Shown in pieces: positions 12,461-25,277 of a stretch of 64,000 nt of DNA; the first letter of the stretch is position 1, and the number at the start of each line of letters is the position of its first letter. The stretch comes from Octopus sinensis (Eukaryota), in the NCBI RefSeq assembly GCF_006345805.1, contig NC_043005.1, positions 66,402,001-66,466,000 on the forward strand, written 5' to 3'. Made by a program: the position numbers and the translations under genes. The notes under the pieces are model-generated. The model saw nothing but the letters and a program-made list of their open reading frames with translations, had not been told where the DNA came from and made no database searches.

Positions 12461-14412
12461 GAGTGTTGTGAGAAAGAAACAAAATGTTAAGAAACAAACA
12501 GCAGAGAAAGCGAGAGACATACAACTATATTTATGTAAATAATATTTTATTTATAAGCTACACACAAAAACACACACTTATAAAAAAAAGAATGCGAATA
12601 TATTCGTTTAAAAGTAAGCATACTCTTTTGCATCCATATATACAACTGTGCGTATCTTTATAGCTTTTTATCAGAAGCCTATCCTCTGTCTCTCTCTTTT
12701 TTTCTCTTTTTACTCAGCCATCTTTGTGTTCATGCATATGCATAGATTTGACTTTCTATAAAGAATCTTTAATTATTTCTCTGTAAGTGTATGGAAACAA
12801 TGTATCTTAGAGGCATTGAGTAAAGTTTTATACAGAAACGTTAATATATCTGTCTTGGTCGTGTAATAATCCACGCCACTAATACTCGACTCCAATATAT
12901 GATACATATTTTAGTTCTACGCTGATCTCTTATGGTTGGTTGAGGTTATTAAACAAAATATTGCTATGGCAACTGCATAATAACTAGTAAGAGACAGTCT
13001 ATATTGTCACACAAACTACATAAGCAAACTAACTGAGTATTACTTACTGTAAGGCGACCACGTTCATCAATTCTGCAATATAAAACAATTTGATTACGAT
13101 GTACAGCAACTGAAAAAAATCGGCAGAAATGCTTATTGTGATCACCCGAACTAAGCTGTTATCATATAAAGAGCATACTATTTTTATACTAGGCATGAGA
13201 ACTAGTGCCTATGTGTCTGTGTGTGTGTGTGCATGTGTGTGTGTGTTTCAGTATGTGTATAAATATATGTTCACAAACACAAACATACAACTCACACACA
13301 TGCACGCGCACGCACTTATAGGCAGAATCATATCCCTGTGTTTCACTATGCAAAATACATGGTTTGGGGCTTAATTCCAATGCATTGCGTCTTGTAAGCT
13401 CAGGTAGGCCTTTGAAGTTTAAGCAGCGTTTGGTTGACAGTTGAATGATGCTACATATTATAAGATCGATCTTGTAAGAGCCTGAATATAGGTCGATGAT
13501 CCCACATATAAATAACAGCCAATGTGGTCAGGAGGTCAGGAGCTTTCTATGATTTGACGAGGATTTGGTGGCCATAATTCTTCAGGCATTTAGAGACCAT
13601 CACCTCGCTCATTTAGGTCAATGATTCGAATGTTATCTTAGATAATCAACTCGATGGTGAGACGATGTGAGATTGTAGCTCTGAATAAAAAAAACAGGAC
13701 AAAACACCAAAGACCTGGTTTCAGGGAATGCTGTTGATCTAAAAAAAAGTCTATAATATCATAAAACGCAACAGTGACACAGATTCAAGCGACAGCAAAC
13801 CATTCCTGATCGAAAACGATCTGTAAGGACAAAACAATTGGTGGATGTACAAGGCAGTTTTCTTTCTATCCTATGATCTAAGGAATTAAACTGATAAATA
13901 ATAGCTAGCCTGTGTAGTTATGTTAAAAATTGATTAAAGCAATATTTTTTTTCAAAAAGAAAATTTAAAAAGAAGCTAATAATATTGCATGTTACTGTGA
14001 TTGGAGATGTAAAAACTGCTTACCAAGATTTCAAGCTTAAATAGAATTACATGATATTGATTATATAAATCAATGAAGATTCGTCTACGAATTGACAGTC
14101 CCAAAAATAAGTCAGTGAACACTGATACCAAAATATATATATAGATAAGGATGTATAACCTCTCAGCACTAATCAAGTGTATTCATACAAATAGAAAGAC
14201 ATTCAATACAAGTATCAATACTGAAGTCAATAAACACGCAGAGAAAGGCGGTGCTTATTAAATCACATATATGCTCATGTCTGGTTCTGTCATAGGAAAG
14301 GTAAACCCTGTAACAAGAAAAATTACCATAATGTAAAATAATATTATTTCTTTTTAATCTTTGATGTATTTTAGTATAGGAGATCCTCTACATGTGCTCT
14401 AGAACATGTAAC

Positions 14413-14468
<56 letters not shown>

Positions 14469-14933
14469 TATTATTATTATTATTATTATTATAAAAAAGA
14501 TTGACGTAACTCTTCACAAATAAGACGAAGAGCGCGATTCGATTGTAAGATATTTTATTTGAAAATGATCTCATTTCACTCCTCTGGAGGGCCAATTTCT
14601 ATTTCAAGATCTTTATACTTGCTCAGTTTTTGGTAGGTTATGACAGATACATTCATGTCGATTGGGAGAGTCATAGTAAAGCGGAGGAATGATTTTTGTC
14701 TGAAGTCTTTCAATATATCAGAAATATTAAATTTCTAAATATCTCATAGAGATATGTACGGTGGTGGGGCGATAGAGTGGTTGTGTACTGTCAACTTAAC
14801 GTGACAGTAGGGGATTACACCACCGCTGTTTAGCCCTAGGAAGCATCGACGCTTCCTGTCGGCTTCGACACATTTCCTGTGTCCTTATATATTTACGAAG
14901 GGGAGACAAATACCCCCAACAGCTAGGCCTGCA

Positions 14934-14980
14934 TCTAGAGACACGCATGTTTCAGGGTCTTTGCCCATCATCGGTCTAGA
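14934..14980 (-). ncRNA. Hammerhead-like motif, U4C core variant
   Basis: ucuaga-CCGAUGA-uGGGcaaagaCCCu-GAAA-CA-UGCG-UG-UC|ucuaga: 6-bp stem I, 3-bp stem III, GUC triplet. Confidence 0.55.
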
Positions 14981-15081
14981 GTAGCAGAAGTCTGGTGATC
15001 AGTGAATAAACTTCACTGAAAATTAGATATATATATTTACGAAGTCGAGACAGATATCTTCAAGTACCAGGCTTCTGATAC

Positions 15082-15128
15082 TCTAGATCGATGATGGGCA
15101 AAGACCCTGAAACATGCGTGTCTCTAGA
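15082..15128 (+). ncRNA. Hammerhead-like motif, mirror copy (C3U plus U4C)
   Basis: Inverted copy of 14934-14980 with core UCGAUGA; probably inactive. Confidence 0.4.
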
Positions 15129-15515
15129 TGCAGGCCTAGCTGTTGGGAGTATTTGTCTCCCCTTCGTAAATATATAAGGACACGGGAAATGTGTCGAAGC
15201 CGACAGGAAGCGTCGATGCTTCCTAGGGCTAAATAGTGGTGGTGTAATCCCCTACTGTCACGTTAAGTTGACAGTACACAACCACTCTTTCAATATAATG
15301 TCTGGCCTATTCGCATCTATCTTTCTGTCAGTTTGAACGGTGAAGTTCCAGAAGAGTGAGATGTGATCATTTTCAAACACTGGAGGTGGTTTGTGTTCCC
15401 ACCAGGTTTTATCATGGTCCAGGCTTTTGCAAATTACTCAGAGAATATACTGTGCTGCTCTATCATGCTGCACATGAAGACATGATCAGTGGTTTCATTT
15501 CTTCTTCTTCTTCTT

Positions 15516-15546
<31 letters not shown>

Positions 15547-15548
15547 TC

Positions 15549-15603
<55 letters not shown>

Positions 15604-16105
15604 CGTTAGCACACCGGGCAAAATGCGTGGCGGCATTTCGTCCAACTTCGCGTTTTGAGGTTAATGCCGATCTCACTGACATTCGAAGCTTATTAAGAAG
15701 GAATAATTAAAATAATTAAAATTAATAAAATTAAAATACAATTATTAGAATTTATTATTTAGGACTAAAATTAGATGATATAATACATAATAACTAAATA
15801 CTACTTCTGTCATTACTAGATAAACCACACTACATTAGAATCAATAAGTAACTCTAGATACATATAGTAGTACTCATACGTCCAAGTGAACACAGTGGAT
15901 TTTCAGTCCCTGCAAGCTCGGTGGTGAGTTGGATTGCTGTCAATGTTCCATGTAAACTGTTGTAATTCAACACTTGCAGCAAAAATATAGTCAAGGGGAT
16001 AGTCAATATTCTGGAGAGCAAGCGCAAGAGATAGTAGTTAGAACGAACTGTTTGAGTGATATATATAGATATATATCTATATATATATATATATAATATA
16101 TATAT

Positions 16106-16136
<31 letters not shown>

Positions 16137-16334
16137 TAGTTGAATGAATTATCTTATTATGGATAATTCGGTAATCGATACCTGGGTAGCAAATTCACGT
16201 CAGAAAAACACGGTTGAAGCTACAGCCTAGGGCAGAGATCACGTGCTATCGTGTGGAAATCTGTGTGTTTTTTTAAATCACAAAAAATGAAAGAATGGAG
16301 TTGAACGACGAATTAACAAAATTCCTTTATTTTA

Positions 16335-16415
16335 TTTTCGAACATGTTTCGAAGGCTGCATATTCCTAATTTCGAAGGAATAAGGGGGCATTATGCCGCC
16401 TTCTCATCAGGAAAA
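16335..16415 (-). ncRNA. PLE-type hammerhead motif, slightly degenerate
   Basis: uuuuc-CUGAUGA-gaaggc(41 nt)gccuuc-GAAA-CAUG-UU-c-gaaaa. Canonical core, 6-bp stem II, palindromic ACAUGU stem III, one extra nucleotide at the cleavage site. Confidence 0.55.
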
Positions 16416-16514
16416 GTAAGGAACTTATGTCAGCATCAAGATGCACAAAAACTTTTAGATGACTGCCCACACAGAGCCCATAGCGATAATTATATATATA
16501 ATTAGTTAGTTAGT

Positions 16515-17458
16515 TAGTTTGTTTGCCTGATAAACTCTTTCGTTTTTGCAATGTTATTTGAAATAACATGACAAATACATTTTTTCGTCTTATTCAAAGA
16601 AGCTCTATCTCCCCCTCACCCACCCGCGAAGTTTTATCTTTCCTTTACAACTTTTGGCTATCGTTTTTGAAGTTCGAATAAATTTTGCATGTTCACAGAC
16701 TAGTGGATGGAATGTGAGGTAGGAAAAAAATGAGAAGTTCTAACACCTGCTACTCTTCGCTTTGATTCAGCGTTCCAAATCTGCCTTAGTCGCTCGAGAC
16801 ATTTGCGATGTGTACAGAGAAGGCGCTATTTCGGAAAGATCAGTACATATATGATGTTCGTGATTCAAGGAAGGAAAATTCGGCCTCACAGATTCACCGT
16901 ACTCCGGCCGATCTGTTTAGTTTAATCCATAAATTGCAGACATCCTCAATTGGTTTTGCATTAGAAAACAACAAACATCATCAATCGATGTTTCAAAAAT
17001 TTCACATATTACGCCCATCACCAAAAGAAAGTGAATATTTTACTGCACTTTTTTGATAACGAGATTGTACATTTTTATCGTTCGAGAGACTAACAGTTAT
17101 AGATTTTGTACTAAATTGTAGGGAAATTAAAAATACAAATTGCACTTAAGACATATATATATTGCACCTAGAATGTTACCCTCCTAGGCACAAGTCCGGG
17201 CAAAGTTGTTTATAGAAGACCAGTAGTCGCCCATGCATACCGGCCTCCCCTCTCCATGCCACCAGTATTATCCAAAAGATTGGCAACAGCAGATACAGCT
17301 TCGCACCTGTGACGTCACAACTCCTTTCTACAGCTGAGTGAACTGGAGCAACGTGAAATAAAGTGTCTTGCTCAAGAACACAACACGCAGCCCGGTCCGG
17401 GATTCGAACTCAGAACTTCACGATCGTAAGCTCGACGCACTAACCACTCAGCCATGTG

Positions 17459-17490
<32 letters not shown>

Positions 17491-17493
17491 TGC

Positions 17494-17573
<80 letters not shown>

Positions 17574-18088
17574 CACACATATATATGTGTATATATATAT
17601 GAGGATCTATTGAAGGAGCTCATCCATGAGTATTCGCGTCACTCCACGAGGGAACTGGCTCTGCAAGATGGAATGCTCTCATGATACCCTCACCCGTCAC
17701 CTTCATACACAGTGTGACATGGTGTGTTTCTGTCAACACGACTGCATTCGCTTCCATGTCGCAAATTTGAAATAGAATGTCATTCAAGAGGCTAGCCGGG
17801 GAGTTCTATTATACCCATCGTATTTCCCAAATGTAACACCTTCAGATCTTTATCTTTTCCAGTTGTTTCCCATCAGCAACGACGTGGAGCTGAAACGTGG
17901 ATCAATGAATTCTTCAAATCAAAACCTGATCATTTCTACTGTCAAGGCATTGACAAGCTTGAAGAACGTTGACAAGAAATCATGAATAATGAAAGAGAAT
18001 ACATTATTGACTGATCTATTAATATTGTTGATAAAAGGTTAAGATTTAAATAAATATAAAAACGAACGAATTTATTTGACAATCCGAT
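16515..18088 (+). mobile_element. Decayed mariner (DD34D-type) transposon with both TIRs and a nested SINE
   Basis: TIR-like ends at about 16517-16548 and 18060-18088. HTH1 ARDICDVYREGAISER near 16790, HTH2 STRELA...TLTRHLH near 17640, and C-terminal PSY.P..TPSDLYLF...FY.QGI.KL at 17815-18010. Confidence 0.8.
17176..17465 (-). mobile_element. SINE family C nested in mariner
   Basis: Collinear with 57191-57532; 3' end shorter. Confidence 0.9.
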
Positions 18089-19292
18089 TGACAAGTATAA
18101 ATTATATTACATATTTTCCGATCTTGTCATGGTCATTTAGCCACAAGCAGTAAAAAACCAAGATGTCAAACAGTTAAACACTTCAAAGCCATTTATAGCG
18201 GCATAACTTCATACAGATAAAAGCCGTTCTTATTCTATTTAGTCCAAACTATATCGTTAATGTTTGTAACACATTTCGGCTAAATTTTACTAATTTCTGT
18301 TCTATTTTTTTTTTCAGTCTTTAGTTAATCTTATATCATTATGTTATAGTATTCTGTTTATTTGCTTCTAATCCTATATCAAGTTAATTTTAATTTCATT
18401 TATATAATGTTCTCAGCACTATATGACTAATTCACTTTACTTGGTTTTTCTCTTCTACTATTCTATTATTTTTATTTCTAATCTTTTAGTCTAACCCATA
18501 TCGTTAAATTGCATTTAATTTCCATTACAATATTATTCCTTCACACGATGCGACTGAATTATTTATATAATTATATTAAATTCTGTTAAATTCTGTTCTA
18601 TTTATTTTTTTGATCTTTCAGTTCAAGCCATATTGTTAAATTACTATTAATTTCTATCGTTATTTTCGTCGCAGTATAAAACTAAATTATTTATACACTC
18701 CTCTTCCTCTTCCTCCTCCCTTCTCTTTCCTCATACTGAAATATAGTAAATAAATATCTCTCTTATAATTTCTCCTCCCACTTTCGTACAAAAGCATCGC
18801 ATTTATACGAAAGATAAACTGCCTCCCACTCATCTCTCCTTATTCATTCCTCTCTCTCTCTCCCCCTCTCTCTCTCTGTTAGAAGAAAGTCTGTATCTCA
18901 TTTTTCTGTCTCTTCATTGTGAGATGAATTAATATCTACAAAGCTGTCGGTGTACTCTCTACTTCTTATTACTGTCGTCTTTCTATTCTCTATCTTTCTT
19001 TATTCTGTTCATAAGTAAAATAGATTAAACTGAGATCATATCATAGCTACCCCTTTTCTCTCTGCTTCTTACTCTTTCTCTCCCTCCTCTCTTTCTAATC
19101 TCTCTCTCCCTTTCCTCCCCTCCCTACCGTTCCCTCTCCCATATCCCTTTCTCTCCTATCCTACTAACTTTCTCTTTCTATCCTTCTACTTCCCTCTCAT
19201 CAGTGTTATAAATTAAATCGACACTTATACTCTGCCTGCTTCTTTCTTTACTCCGTTGTTGCAAATACAGATTTATCTATCTATCTATCTAC

Positions 19293-19328
<36 letters not shown>

Positions 19329-20460
19329 TTATCTCTGAGAATCGAAATTATTTCCCTTATTAAACAAAAATGAACAGATGGAAGCTGACAGAGCCAAGCT
19401 TATTAAAAAAGTTCTATGTGAATAGTTTTAAAACATGAGTCTGAACTGGGATTCGCATTTTTTTTAAACGGCATGGAATATGACGACACTATCTCCCAAC
19501 TAATAAGTTTTATTTCAGAGGCCCTACGGATACCACAGACCAATGACTCAAATAAAGAAGAAAAAGAATGAATTTACTCATTCTTATGTTCTTACCATCC
19601 ACCGTTGCTTAGCAACATTAAGAAAGACGAAGGTGAAAGCGTGGAAAAATGAAAGAAATAGTAATGGTTGCCCCACAGACTCCGTAGAGTTTCGGATGAG
19701 TTAATTTAGCAATATTAGTTGGAAACTTAGGCAGACGGCTACCACAATCACTGCAGATCACAACATTACCAATGAAGAAAGCAATGTAAGTGAAAGAAAT
19801 AAACAAGGCAACGTTGTATTAGCCACAAAGGCCAAAAGGTAGATAACCGACTGAGGTGCAAAAGAGCACACAGATACAGATTAAAAATCCACGAAACTAA
19901 ACATGACAAAGTCCATTATAGACAATTGTTTATAATTTCTACCTAAAAGGGTCCTGTTACTACAGAGAGAAAAGAATTTGGTGTAACAAAAAATTCTTCC
20001 ATAATTTCATGCTATGCATAAAGTCACCGATCTACATTCGGAGATTTAGTCATTCATTGAATGTGCGTGTGTGTGTGTGTGAAGGAATATTTGTGTGTAG
20101 ATGTATACATGGAAGTATGTGCACGTGTGTATGCTTGTGTATGTGTAAAAGAAAGCATTCGGGTACATAAGCATTTTTTTCATATTTTCATTTTAATTTT
20201 TATAGGTTCCTGTGCACACTTACATAAACGCAAATATGTATTTTACACACAAACACTCATATGAAAAATGACTATTCCTAACACCCAAAGATTTTCGCAG
20301 TTTTCATTCCTTGACACCACCCGAATATGGAAACATGCAAGTCGGATTAGTAACCTTTCAAATTTCACTTTAAAATATATTGGATAAAACTCTGCACTAT
20401 ATATTGGGAATTCTTTCTTCTTTTTATTTGTGCACATCTCTGTGGCATAATTTATATAAC

Positions 20461-20499
<39 letters not shown>

Positions 20500-21464
20500 A
20501 TGTAACTCCATATCATTACGACCATCTTCTGTTACTGTTTATCTATCGATAATCTTTCCCGCTCTCGTTCACTTTATATCGGTTTCTCTCTTACATTACA
20601 TCACTATCATTCTCATGATCTTCTTTGTGCTTTATTTATTATAAAATTTAATGTTATTTTTTTTTTCGTTCTTCTTTGTTTCAATCTATCCTCAAGTAAT
20701 TAATAAACTTGTTTAATTTTTATTGATTTCACGGCTTGATAAAAGATTCAGCTGGTGCAATCAACATTTGAATTTATTAAATATAGTTTCATCCGTAATG
20801 CTTCAGGCCATTCGAGAAGTAAATATGTAACAATAACAAGAATACAGCGTTTGAGGATTCTGGATCAAAACTATTTGAAGTATGTTATTCTATTGCTCCG
20901 AGAAAAATTAAATTTTCATAAAGTGAAAAGGTGGCCATTTCTGCTAGAAGGAAATATCACAAAACAATTTTTCACTTCCATCACTCGTAAATTTACTTAT
21001 ATCTTCTTACATTTATTTAGCGGTTATTTCTTCACAACTTCAGAAATTAACATCAAAGCCACTGTTTCATTGAGAGAATCAAACTAAGGCAGAAACATGT
21101 GCCGTATTATCTCCCTTACTTGTCCACAAAAAACTGTTAACACTGATTTGCGTTTTATGTATAAGCCTGTATTAGGTTTAAATATAATAGCGTAAATATA
21201 ATAGCATAATATTAGTGTTCTTGAATTATGCTCCTCTTTTCAAGGATGCATTTATTAATTCTCATAATCTGAACTTCATATCAATTTTTTAAATAAAATT
21301 TTGCCTTCTCTCTTTATAGTAATTTATCCACGACAACGTACGTATATCAAAGAAGGCTAATTGTCCCCCATAACACATTTATACAAGCGTAGACTTAATA
21401 TTTTCTTGTCAGTCCAAGGAAACAAACGAAGACGAGAATCCATTTAGATGCTTTGTTGCATTTC

Positions 21465-23050
21465 ATTTATTCTTTTATTCTTTTAATGGTTTCAGTCGAC
21501 GAAATGCGGCCATGCTGGAGCACCACCTTAATCTTTTTTTTGTTTTTATTTATCTATTTATTTATTCTGTTGTCGCTTTAGATGGTCGATGATCGTTTGC
21601 AGTTGCTGATCTCCCTTGAGGGTATCCTTGAATGGTTGGTTGGTCTGGTATCGTCGTTAAGACTGCCCCCAATGCTTTTTTAAAGTTTCAGGAGAAGTCT
21701 CTTTTGTATTTCAAATTTCTTTGGGTAAGTAGTTGAATACTTGAGGACCTCTGAATATTAGACTGGTACAGTAGAGTGTTATTGCTCGCGTATTTGAAGA
21801 TGGTATATGTGGAAGCTGACAGTACCTGCCATTTCGAGCATTAAAATTCGTTTTAATGCCGATGTTTCGAACATTCCTCTCCAGGATCTTCCACGCGTAT
21901 GTAGTAGTATACCTCTCTCTTCGGCGTTCAAGAGAACAGAGACGCAGAGCTCTCGGGCGTTCCCAGTAATTAAGACCATTAACCGAAGTTATTTTACTGG
22001 TGAATGTTTTTTGAAACCCTTCAATTCTTCTACGGTATCGGGTGAATTTAGAGACCAAATCTGTGGGCAGTAATCTAATCTGCTCAGATCTAAGGTTTTC
22101 CATAGAGTTACCATAACTACCGGTTCTCTTGTCGTGAATGTTCATAGGATCCATCCTATGTGATGTCTGCATTTAGAGGTCAGTTTGGTGATGTGGCTGA
22201 AAAAAAGATGCATTATTTGGACATGATTATTCTTAAATCCCGTATGGCGCCAAATAATGGGATTTGTGTCTATTCCCTCCATAATGAGGGGCCTGAAATC
22301 TTTATGTATTAAATTTCATATTATTTTTATCCACCCATTGATAAATTATATTTAGGTCATTTTGGAGTGTGATGGCATCTTCTGGAGTTTAGATAGCCAT
22401 TGATATTTTTGTGTCGTCACCGTAACTCATTAGGTTGGCCGATTGCACATATAAGCTTATGGTATGCCTGATAAGCTTATGGTAAGTAATGATAGTCCTA
22501 GAACCGTACCCTGAGGTATACCACTTATTACGGGTGACTTTGCTGAGATGTAACCGTTTTCAGCAATAGGGTGATTCCTATCCCGTAGGAAGTCAAAGAG
22601 CCATTCTCTAAGTTTTCCTATGATACTAAGATCCCTTATCCTAAGATAGATGACTCCATGATCAACCTTGACAAACACTTTAGCAAAATCAAGGTGTAAG
22701 CAGTCAGTGTCCTTTCCATTTAGGAGATTATTGAGAATAGTGTTATGGTGTTGTTATAGTTGTGTTAGGCAACCACGTCCAGTCCGAAAACCATGCTATG
22801 TATTATCTAAGAGGTTGTTTTCCTCAAGATATGCAGTTATTCTTTTTCGATGTTTGAGACGTGAGAGAAACTTGTCTGTAAATGTTAGCTTCTGCCCTGC
22901 TACCTCCTTTATGGATAGGTGCCATTGTTGCTTCTTTCAACAGTTCTAGGAATATGCCGGCTTCAAGCAGCTTTAGAAATAGCAACTTTAATGGCTTAGC
23001 GACGCTGCTGTTCCATTCACTTATGGCATATTTAATGTCTCTCATTATTT
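21465..23050 (-). mobile_element. Older, decayed and internally deleted copy of a related CR1/L2-group LINE
   Basis: Pieces read APIHKGGSRAE, VKVDHGVI, SGIPQGTVLG, CSLERRRERY and IPDQPT, collinear with 48184-50215. 3' tail at 21465-21529. Confidence 0.9.
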
Positions 23051-23060
23051 TATCATCAAG

Positions 23061-23432
23061 TAAGGCCGCGAGCTGGCAGAAACATTTGCACGCCAGGCGA
23101 AATGTTTAGCTATATTTTGTCTGTTTTTACATTCTGAGTTCAAATTCCGCCGAGGTCGACTTTGCCTTTCATCCTTTTGGGGTCGATAAATTAAGTACCA
23201 GTTGCGTACTGACGTCGACCTAATCGACTGGCCTTCCTCCCAAAAACTTCGAGCCTTGTGCCTAGAGTAGAAAATATTTGTTAGCTCGCAAAGCGTCTGT
23301 CTTTGCGTTCTGAGTTTAAATGCCACCGGAGTCGACTTTGCCTTTCATTCTTTCGGGATCAGTAAAATAAGTATCAGTTGAACACAGGTGTCGACTTACC
23401 CCCTCCCTCGAAATAACTGGCCTTGTTCCATA
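23061..23432 (+). mobile_element. SINE family B plus second partial copy, at the 5' edge of the LINE remnant
   Basis: Full copy 23061-23277 followed by a partial copy 23280-23432. Confidence 0.85.
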
Positions 23433-24039
23433 CAATCCGATTGCTCATACTGTTTTTAAAGTATCAACAATCTCAACTCCAAACCTATCATTCAAGGGCA
23501 TTATATCTATGTGATATTGATGTTCGTGCTTGTTTTTCTGTGATGGTCAGGTTTGCATTTTTAATATGTTTTTGATACATCATCGTTGATTTTTTTGCTG
23601 TGGAGATATTTCGTTGCTCCATCGGTGCATCTTTTATAGGTTTTAATTCTTTAACTGTTTTCAGATTGCGATTATCGTCATGTTTATGATTTCTGCCATT
23701 AAAATTTCTTATTTATCTGCTTTTTCCATATTTATTTTATTCCTATTTATTGGGGTTTTGTGGTTCTCTTACTGTTTTTGTTGATCCGTATCCTGTTGTT
23801 GTATTTTAGTTGTTCCCAGGCATTCATTCTAACTCCGTGGCTTGCATGCACAATGTCTTTATTTTCTTTTTTACATTTATATAAAAAAATTTTTTTACAT
23901 GTTCATTATATGCGTTTTCGCTACGTATCCTTCTTGTTAAATGTTATATTTCAATGTTTCGATATATTTGACTTTCAGAATATTTGATGCATTTTTAAAG
24001 TTTGCTCGTCTGCGGTAATTATTCCTGTCATCCTCATCC

Positions 24040-24200
24040 ACCACTTCCTTCTCCTCCTCGTCGTCGTCGTCTTCGATCTCCTCCTCCTCCTCCTCTTCGT
24101 CTTCGTTCTCTTCCTCCGTCCACTTCCTCCTCTCCGTCCTCTTCTTCCTCTCCGCCCTCTTCCTCCTCCTCCTCACCACCACCACCACCACAACCACTTT
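24040..24200. repeat. TCC/TCG/TTC/ACC trinucleotide mosaic
   Basis: Direct reading. Confidence 0.9.
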
Positions 24201-24811
24201 TACCCAGGATGTTGGTAGTTCCAAGAAGTACCGAGATCTGTAAAATTCAATGATTTGAATGACGTTAAATTTGTTTGGAAAAGAACCAAGGCCATCAATA
24301 CTAATTGAAATAACTTTACTTTCTTCTTGAAAGTATTCAGTAACTTCATTGTAAGTTTTAACTTGACTACCAAGCAGAGCTCTGTGGGCTTTGCATATAT
24401 GGATCATTTTGTTTTGGTTTTGTATTTTCCATTCTGTTGACAGTATTATGCGCACTGTCTATACAATGTTTTATAGAGCTGTGTACCGTTTACTGGGCTT
24501 TTGTGTTATTGAGTTTACAATAAGAAATTGTTGGGATCCGTGATTTAAGGCCTATTTAGTTGTTATTTTTAGCACACCTTACAACGAGTAAGCAACACAT
24601 GTTTTGTAGTTTTAACATTCACTATGCATTTAATGCGATAAACTGCACGTTTCAAATTAAATATTTCTCAAAATAAGAAACTTATAACACAAACTTAGAA
24701 GATTAATCCAAGAACAAAAAAAACACATTACAAATTAAATATTTAAAAAAAAACAAACATCTCAACAATCTTCCCAGGGCCTCGAAATCGCATCCTCCTC
24801 TGGTGCAAGAT

Positions 24812-25155
24812 TTAAGGCCTATTTGGATCGTATAAAGTTTCTCGTGTAGAATACAAATTCTCAAAAATTTTCTAAAAATTCCAAAAGATAAAATAGTTAT
24901 ATGGTGCATAATTCATGTGTTTACGGTTTCTTGTAAAAACATTAGTGCTATTTTCAGGATGTTGAAAAAATGTGCAGAAAACCCTGTTTTCTGACTAGAT
25001 GAAAATTTCAAACTTTAAACCTCTATAATTTAAAACTAAAAAAAATCTGGAAAATTGAAATAACTCCAGCAATTCAGCTTGGAAAACTACATAATTGTAC
25101 AAAATTTTAAAATTTCAATAAAATTTGATTTTTGAAATCTTGGCATCCAAACAGA
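24812..25155. mobile_element. Possible Kolobok-like MITE
   Basis: Starts TTAAGGCCTATTTGGATC and ends with a partial inverse (CATCCAAACAG). TTAAGGCCTATTT also occurs at about 24546. Confidence 0.3.
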
Positions 25156-25277
25156 AAAGATCTATTTTAGCTAAGTATTTAGAATTTTCATAATTTCAGA
25201 TGTTGCTTTTTCTTACTCTTTCATTTCAACTTCCTTCTTTAGTTATTGTCCTGTTCATGTTTTTTAGTTACTTCGGG

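Larger units (their letters stand above)
14718..15285 (-). mobile_element. Foldback non-autonomous retro-element (Penelope-like) with 220-bp inverted arms and 59-bp tail
   Basis: Arms 14777-14996 and 15066-15285 are about 97% reverse-complementary. Exact 12-bp TSD TCTTTCAATATA at 14706-14717 and 15286-15297. The element interrupts an R4/Dong endonuclease reading frame. Confidence 0.8.
14493..15498 (-). mobile_element. R4/Dong-type LINE 3' remnant (restriction-like endonuclease), split by the foldback element
   Basis: ETTDH...WWEHKPPPVFENDHISLFWNFTVQTDRKIDANRPDIILKD, continuing as PIDMNVS...QKLSKYKDLEIEI. Bracketed by (TTA)n arrays. Confidence 0.85.

Noticed and set aside
13400-13700. Strong minus-strand acceptor near 13682 with unique downstream sequence
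   Set aside because: All three frames stop within about 15 codons; it cannot be supported as coding.
14777-15285. Interpretation as a classical MITE
   Set aside because: The TSD encloses an extra one-sided tail, and TSD length differs between the two copies (12 and 14 bp).
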